Of a stretch of DNA of 64,000 nt, positions 58,506 to 64,000 are shown in pieces; position 1 is the stretch's first letter; the number at the start of each line of letters is the position of its first letter. Location of the stretch: positions 43,200,001 to 43,264,000 of the forward strand of contig CP068257.2 of NCBI GenBank assembly GCA_009914755.4, in the 5' to 3' direction. Under the pieces are notes generated by a model, which was not told the origin of the DNA, did not search any database, and saw nothing but the letters and a program-made list of their open reading frames with translations. Made by a program: the position numbers and the translations under genes. Origin of the DNA: the human T2T-CHM13v2.0 reference genome, Homo sapiens.

Positions 58506-59752
58506 GTCCTTCTGTCCCTGTGGCCTCAGGGCCACACACTGTGCAGGCTGCTATGGGCGGAGGCTCCTTTCAGGAGGGCGTGCAGTGTTTCCTTCCTTCT
58601 AGCGAATCCCTGTTACACAGTCAGGGCTCCACCCAGCAGGCCTGGCTGGCCACACCCCACACATGCCAAAGAGTGGTAGACCCCGGCTGAGCTCCTGAGA
58701 GGTAGCCTCTGAGCCCTTGGTACATCCTACCCGATGGGGGTGTCATTGTTCCTGGGGCCTCAGGTCACACCGGATAGTCCCACAGTGTGATTTGGGGTGG
58801 GGCCCTGGACAGTTTTCAGCTTGACCTCTGGAGGGCTAGAGACTGAGGTCAGCCATGGGGTGTCAGCCGCGCCGCTGTGACTGACCCCCAGTAGACACCG
58901 AGGCTCAAGAGCCTCCCTGGGGACCATGTTCTGTGCATGAGGCCACACATCATCGCTGGGAGGATGGAGCGCCGCCCACACCCCTGCAGGGAGGGGACAC
59001 TGGGAGCTGGTGCCTGGTTTCTCTCCTGTGCACCTTTGACCTTTGCTGACTTTTGTCTGTATCCTCCCACCTCGGGCAGCGGCTGGCACCCAGGAGGGTC
59101 GGCTCTGCAATAAACTGTAACTGTGAGTTTACTGGTTCCTGAGCTCTGCAAGTCCTTCCGGCAAATCACTGATCCTGAGAAAGGTCTTGGGAACCCCAAC
59201 AGCACCTGAGCGTCTTGACGCACTGACCTGCTCAGGCTGAACACATGGCACTAGCAGCGGAAATGCAGGATGAACGTGTTTCACTGGGGGCCTCTTTTTC
59301 TAGGAGCAGAGGCTGGTTATCAGCTGTGCTTCCTTCGTGAAATTCATCCCACTCCGCACTCCAAGCTTGTGAACGTTTTTGTGTAATTTTATCTTCACGG
59401 AGAGTGTTGATGTTCAAATGTATGTGAGCATAAAATAAGTGTGTTTCCATAAAATAAAGAATTGTGTTGTATTCCAGGAAAAAACAGAAATATCACCAAT
59501 GCCAAGACATGCTGTTAACACAGCTGAGTTTCAGGGACGGGGAGGAATTCCTCCTCCTATCGACACGCAGGCGTCCTGTCCCCGACGGGAAGCCTCGGGC
59601 TCCTCACCTAGGGGGATCCAGGACCTGGGCCGGCTGGTTGCTCACGTGCCCAGCATGCAGAGGTGGCGCTCAGACCTGCAGTGGCGCTGGGTCTGGCCTG
59701 TGGCTGAAACATGCCCCCACCCAATGGATGCTCGGGACCCAACAGCACTCAC

Positions 59753-59848
59753 CTCGTAGGTCTTCACCATCCTACTGGTCACCGCGAAGATGGGCTGGAT
59801 GTTGTTTTCAGCCAGCTTGTGCGCCAGCTGGCCCACCGATGGGTAGTC
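59753..59848 (-). CDS. ITGB2: ITGB2 coding exon (96 nt): [32 protein letters not shown]
   Basis: ORF track 59642..60169(-). Acceptor is ctctctccag|GACTACCC and donor is TACGAG|gtgagtgc. Confidence 0.93.
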
Positions 59849-60929
59849 CTGGAGAGAGGAGGTCCTGCTCAGTTGGCCCCGAGTCCAGGACAAGGCTTCC
59901 AGGTACCCGCCCCTGTCTGCCCCGCTCAGCGTCAGCCCTGCCCGTGCTTCGAACCCTCTCTGGGGAAGGCTGGAGAGGCAGAGGCTGCCACGCAGGAGTG
60001 CAGGGCAGAGAGCTGCCACGCCCTCTGGGCAATGTGTGCATAGACTCGGGCTTTCAGAGTCCAGGCATGAGCAGCATTTGAGGCGTCTCACCGTGGGACT
60101 GGGGATGTCCACGGGGGCAGAATCCCAGCCTTCCCCACACGGTGGACCTGCTTTCGCACTGAGGGACACTCAGTTTCGGTAGAGGCCATGAGTGTCAGGT
60201 GCGGCTCTCCCTACCCGAGTTCCGGGACCCGAGGGCCGTCCCTCCCCTGTCTGTGGCTCCCGGCGGAGGACCTGAGTCTTGTATCTCTAAAGTCCTTTGC
60301 GGCCCCCAGAGCCTACAACGTCAGGCTGCAAGAGCGTCGCACTACGGCCAGCGAGGACAAGCCCCTTGTGACCAGTGGTTGCCTCTCGGCCCACGGCTGA
60401 TCCCAGCCAGAAGTCCTGGCCCCTCTGAGCCATTGAGATGCCTCCGCAGAGAGGCTCATCCTAACCCGTGCATCCTGGGCTCCTTCTCGCCTCTGTCCCT
60501 CCCTGCATGTTCCTCATGGTCCCCGCAGCCGCTCACCCAGCTCAGGCAATGGGGGCAGGGAGGGGCCACACTGGAGGAGGCGGACTCAGGGGCAGCAGGG
60601 AACGTACAGTGGAGGCCGGGAGGGGGAGGAGGCGGATGCTTGGGGATGGGACCCTGGCCAGAGGCGGGGACGGCAGGGTGCAGCCGTAGCCTGGGGGCGG
60701 TTACTATACCTCCACAGCAGCTGTCAGCCCAGGTAGGGGGGCAGTGGGGCTGGAGACCAACAGAGCCTGGGTGTCCCACAAGGGCGAGGCCGGGCCTCAG
60801 CCTGGCTGCCCCCACCAACCCTACCCTCCCCTGGCCTGAGGCCAGTCCGGGGAGACCCCACGCTGCCACTTGGGGCTTCCAGAAGTTTCCTCAGGAATCT
60901 GCTCCTTGGGTCAGAAGGAGGCTCTGTCA

Positions 60930-61349
<420 letters not shown>

Positions 61350-62077
61350 TCAAACACCCCGTGCACATGTGAGGCGCAGGGAGTGGAGGCACGTGTGGAA
61401 AGGCAAGGAGAGAGACACGGCTGCGGTCCCTGCACTTCAGAGCTGGGAACAAACCCTCAGGAAACCATCCCCAAGGGGAAAAACCCTCGCAGACGTGTGG
61501 GCCACACGCAGAACGAGTGCAACATGGAGGAAAACGAGCCTGAGGGGCCCAGCAGGCCTTGAGTCCACCATTGACAGCCCCTGGCAGGCGCATGTGGGGG
61601 CCGTGCGTGTCCTAGGCTGTGACCTCACACTCGTGAGCAGTGTGTCTGCGCTGGGACTGCAGGGAAGCAGGAGAGCTAAGGTGGGTTGTGAGGGGAGGAC
61701 AGTGCATGTGGCCTCAACATGGCCCAGGGACTGTGGCTGCTCTGTTAGGCTGACAGTCACAAACTGGGTGGGCGGGACGTGGAGAGCGACACACACTGGG
61801 CAGCCAGCGCCCACCCGGCCTGGAGGGAGGAGGGTGGTTCCACCCCAGGAACCACGGGACCTGCTGCCTAGCGGCCCTGTTCCACCCTTGGCCGCTCGCA
61901 AAATGTTTAGGCTTCATAAGGTTTGCCCAGGGTCACAAATTTAACTCACAGCAAACAATGAAATCAGCGCATGATTTTCAAGCCCTCGTGGTCACCCTCC
62001 CTTCCTCCTGCCCTTTCCTGCATGGGCAGCAGCAGGGTGAGGAGCTGCTCTCCCCAGGCCCAGGCTGGAGTCCCTCA

Positions 62078-62482
<405 letters not shown>

Positions 62483-62519
62483 TCAAAGGGGCACGAGGGC
62501 AAGCCTGTTTCCTCTCTCC

Positions 62520-63540
62520 TAGCAGGGAGGTGGAGAAAGCAAGATGGCACATGTGGAGTGTGTGTGTGAGCATGTGCGTTGTGCAAGCACACATGTGAAC
62601 GTATGTGGGCGTGTGTGTGAACCTGGGAGTGTGCAATGTACATGGATGAGCATAAGTGTATGCATGTGTGTTCCTGCATGTATGTGTGTGACCAGGTATA
62701 CATGTGGGCATGTGAACAGGTGCGTATGTGTATCTGTGTGTGCAGCCATCTGCATGTGTAAACATGAGTGTGTACATGCGTAGCACAACTGTGTGTGCAC
62801 GTATTCCTGTATGCATGTGAGCATGTTCAGGTATGGACACACCTAGTTCACGTAGGTGACCAGGTACATATGTGGGCATGTGTGTTTATGTACGATTTAT
62901 ACATGTGAGTGAAGACATACATGGGTGATCATGAGTGTGCATGTGAGCATGTCTGTGTGCACATGTGGTCTTGCACGTGTGTATGACTGTGTGTGCATGT
63001 GTGTGCACATGCAAGTGTGAGCATGCATTCATGTGTGTGAGCATGCATTTGTGTGTGAGCGTGCATTCACGTGTGTGAGCGTGCATTTGTGCATGTGAGC
63101 ATACATTCGCGTGTGTGAGCATGCATTTGCGTGTGAGCATACATTCATGTGTGAGCATACATTCACATGTGAGAGCATGCATTTGTGTGTTTGAGCATGT
63201 GTGTGAGCATACATTCACGTGTGTGAGCATGCATTCACGTGTGTGTGCATTTGAGTTTGGGTGTGCTTTTGTGTGTGAGCATGCATTCGCGTGTGTGAGC
63301 ATCCATTTGTGCATGTGAGGATACATTCATGTGTGAGTGTGCATTCGCATGTGTGAGCGTGCATTTGCGTTTGAGCATGCATTTGTGTGTGAGTGTGCAT
63401 TGCATGTGTGAACATGCATTTGTGTGTGAGCGTGCATTCACGTGCATGAGCGTGCATTTGTGTGTGAGCGTGCATTTGTGTGAGCATGCATTTGCTTGTG
63501 TGTGTGTGTGTTATCGTGCATGTGTGCATCCCCGCATGTA
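62520..63540. repeat. ~1 kb degenerate TG/TGCA-rich minisatellite (units such as GTGTGAGCATGCATTCACGTGTGTGAGCGTGCATTTGTG), alternating purine-pyrimidine
   Basis: It is built of imperfect 18-40 bp units of gtgtg / gcatgc / catgtg. This explains the many Cys/His-rich artefact ORFs on both strands. Confidence 0.9.
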
Positions 63541-64000
63541 GGGAAGGTGGCAGAGTGCCGATGTGAGAAGCCACGGCCGGCGGGGAAGACATGCGCTGTG
63601 ACTGACACACACGTGTGCTGGAGACCTGCTCTGTGGCAAGGCAGTGCTGGTGTAGAGCGGAGCCCTTGGCCCAGCAGAGCTTGCTGTGTGGTTTCTTCAG
63701 TGCTGCCGTCGCTGTGCCGTCTATATGTGTTGTGGTCTTTAATGTTTAATAATTGGCACTGTCAGAATTTTGTCTTTTAAACATACCAAGAAATAAATAA
63801 AGGAAGTAGAAGATGGAAGGGGAAGTGGAGGGCTGGACAATGTCTACAAGTGTTGGGGAGCCAGGGACTGGGTGTGGCCCCTGGCAGGGAGGCAGGCCGA
63901 CTGCAGCCCTGTGGATGCCCTGGGGGGACCTGCATCTGGGGCCCCCAGATCTACCCTGGGGACCTGAGTGCGAGGAGTTGTGTGGGCCACAGGCAGGAGT

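Overview
This window is human genomic DNA and reads like chromosome 21q22.3. It is Alu-dense, with at least 27 Alu copies showing the GGCCGGGCGCGGTGGCTCA...poly-A / TTTTTGAGACGGAGTCTCGC signatures. It also carries an old gammaretrovirus-like ERV pol remnant, and two protein-coding genes, both on the minus strand. (1) PTTG1IP (PBF) is complete. It has 6 coding exons (34370 down to 12418) that splice to exactly 543 nt, which is 180 aa plus a stop and matches the PBF protein. The promoter is a CpG island at about 33.7-35.7 kb. The 3'UTR is about 2 kb and ends at an AATAAA signal near 10455. (2) The 3' two-thirds of ITGB2 (CD18, integrin beta-2) is present as 11 coding exons from 62421 down to 47049. 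These run from the beta-I domain (GFGSFVDK...) through the cysteine-rich EGF repeats, the transmembrane segment and the cytoplasmic tail to the stop codon. All junctions are canonical GT-AG, the phases are consistent, and the polyadenylation signal is near 46660. The 5' exons of ITGB2 lie beyond the 3' end of the window. No prokaryotic-type system (CRISPR, defence island, operon) is present. The long ORFs in the six-frame track are almost all artefacts of GC-rich CpG-island sequence or of stop-free tandem repeats. The main non-genic signals are listed below. There is a roughly 1.1 kb G-rich 21-bp minisatellite of about 52 copies lying 300 bp beyond the ITGB2 poly(A) site. The PTTG1IP core promoter carries an 18-bp x6 GC-rich tandem repeat and three GCGCCTGCGCG palindromic motifs. 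Several intronic minisatellites have periods of 21, 30, about 40, about 47, about 60 and about 97 bp. There is a 1 kb degenerate TG/TGCA-rich tract and a purine-rich GA tract in ITGB2 introns. Coordinates of exons were derived by translating the reverse strand and matching splice signals. Repeat and Alu boundaries are approximate, to about ±10 bp.
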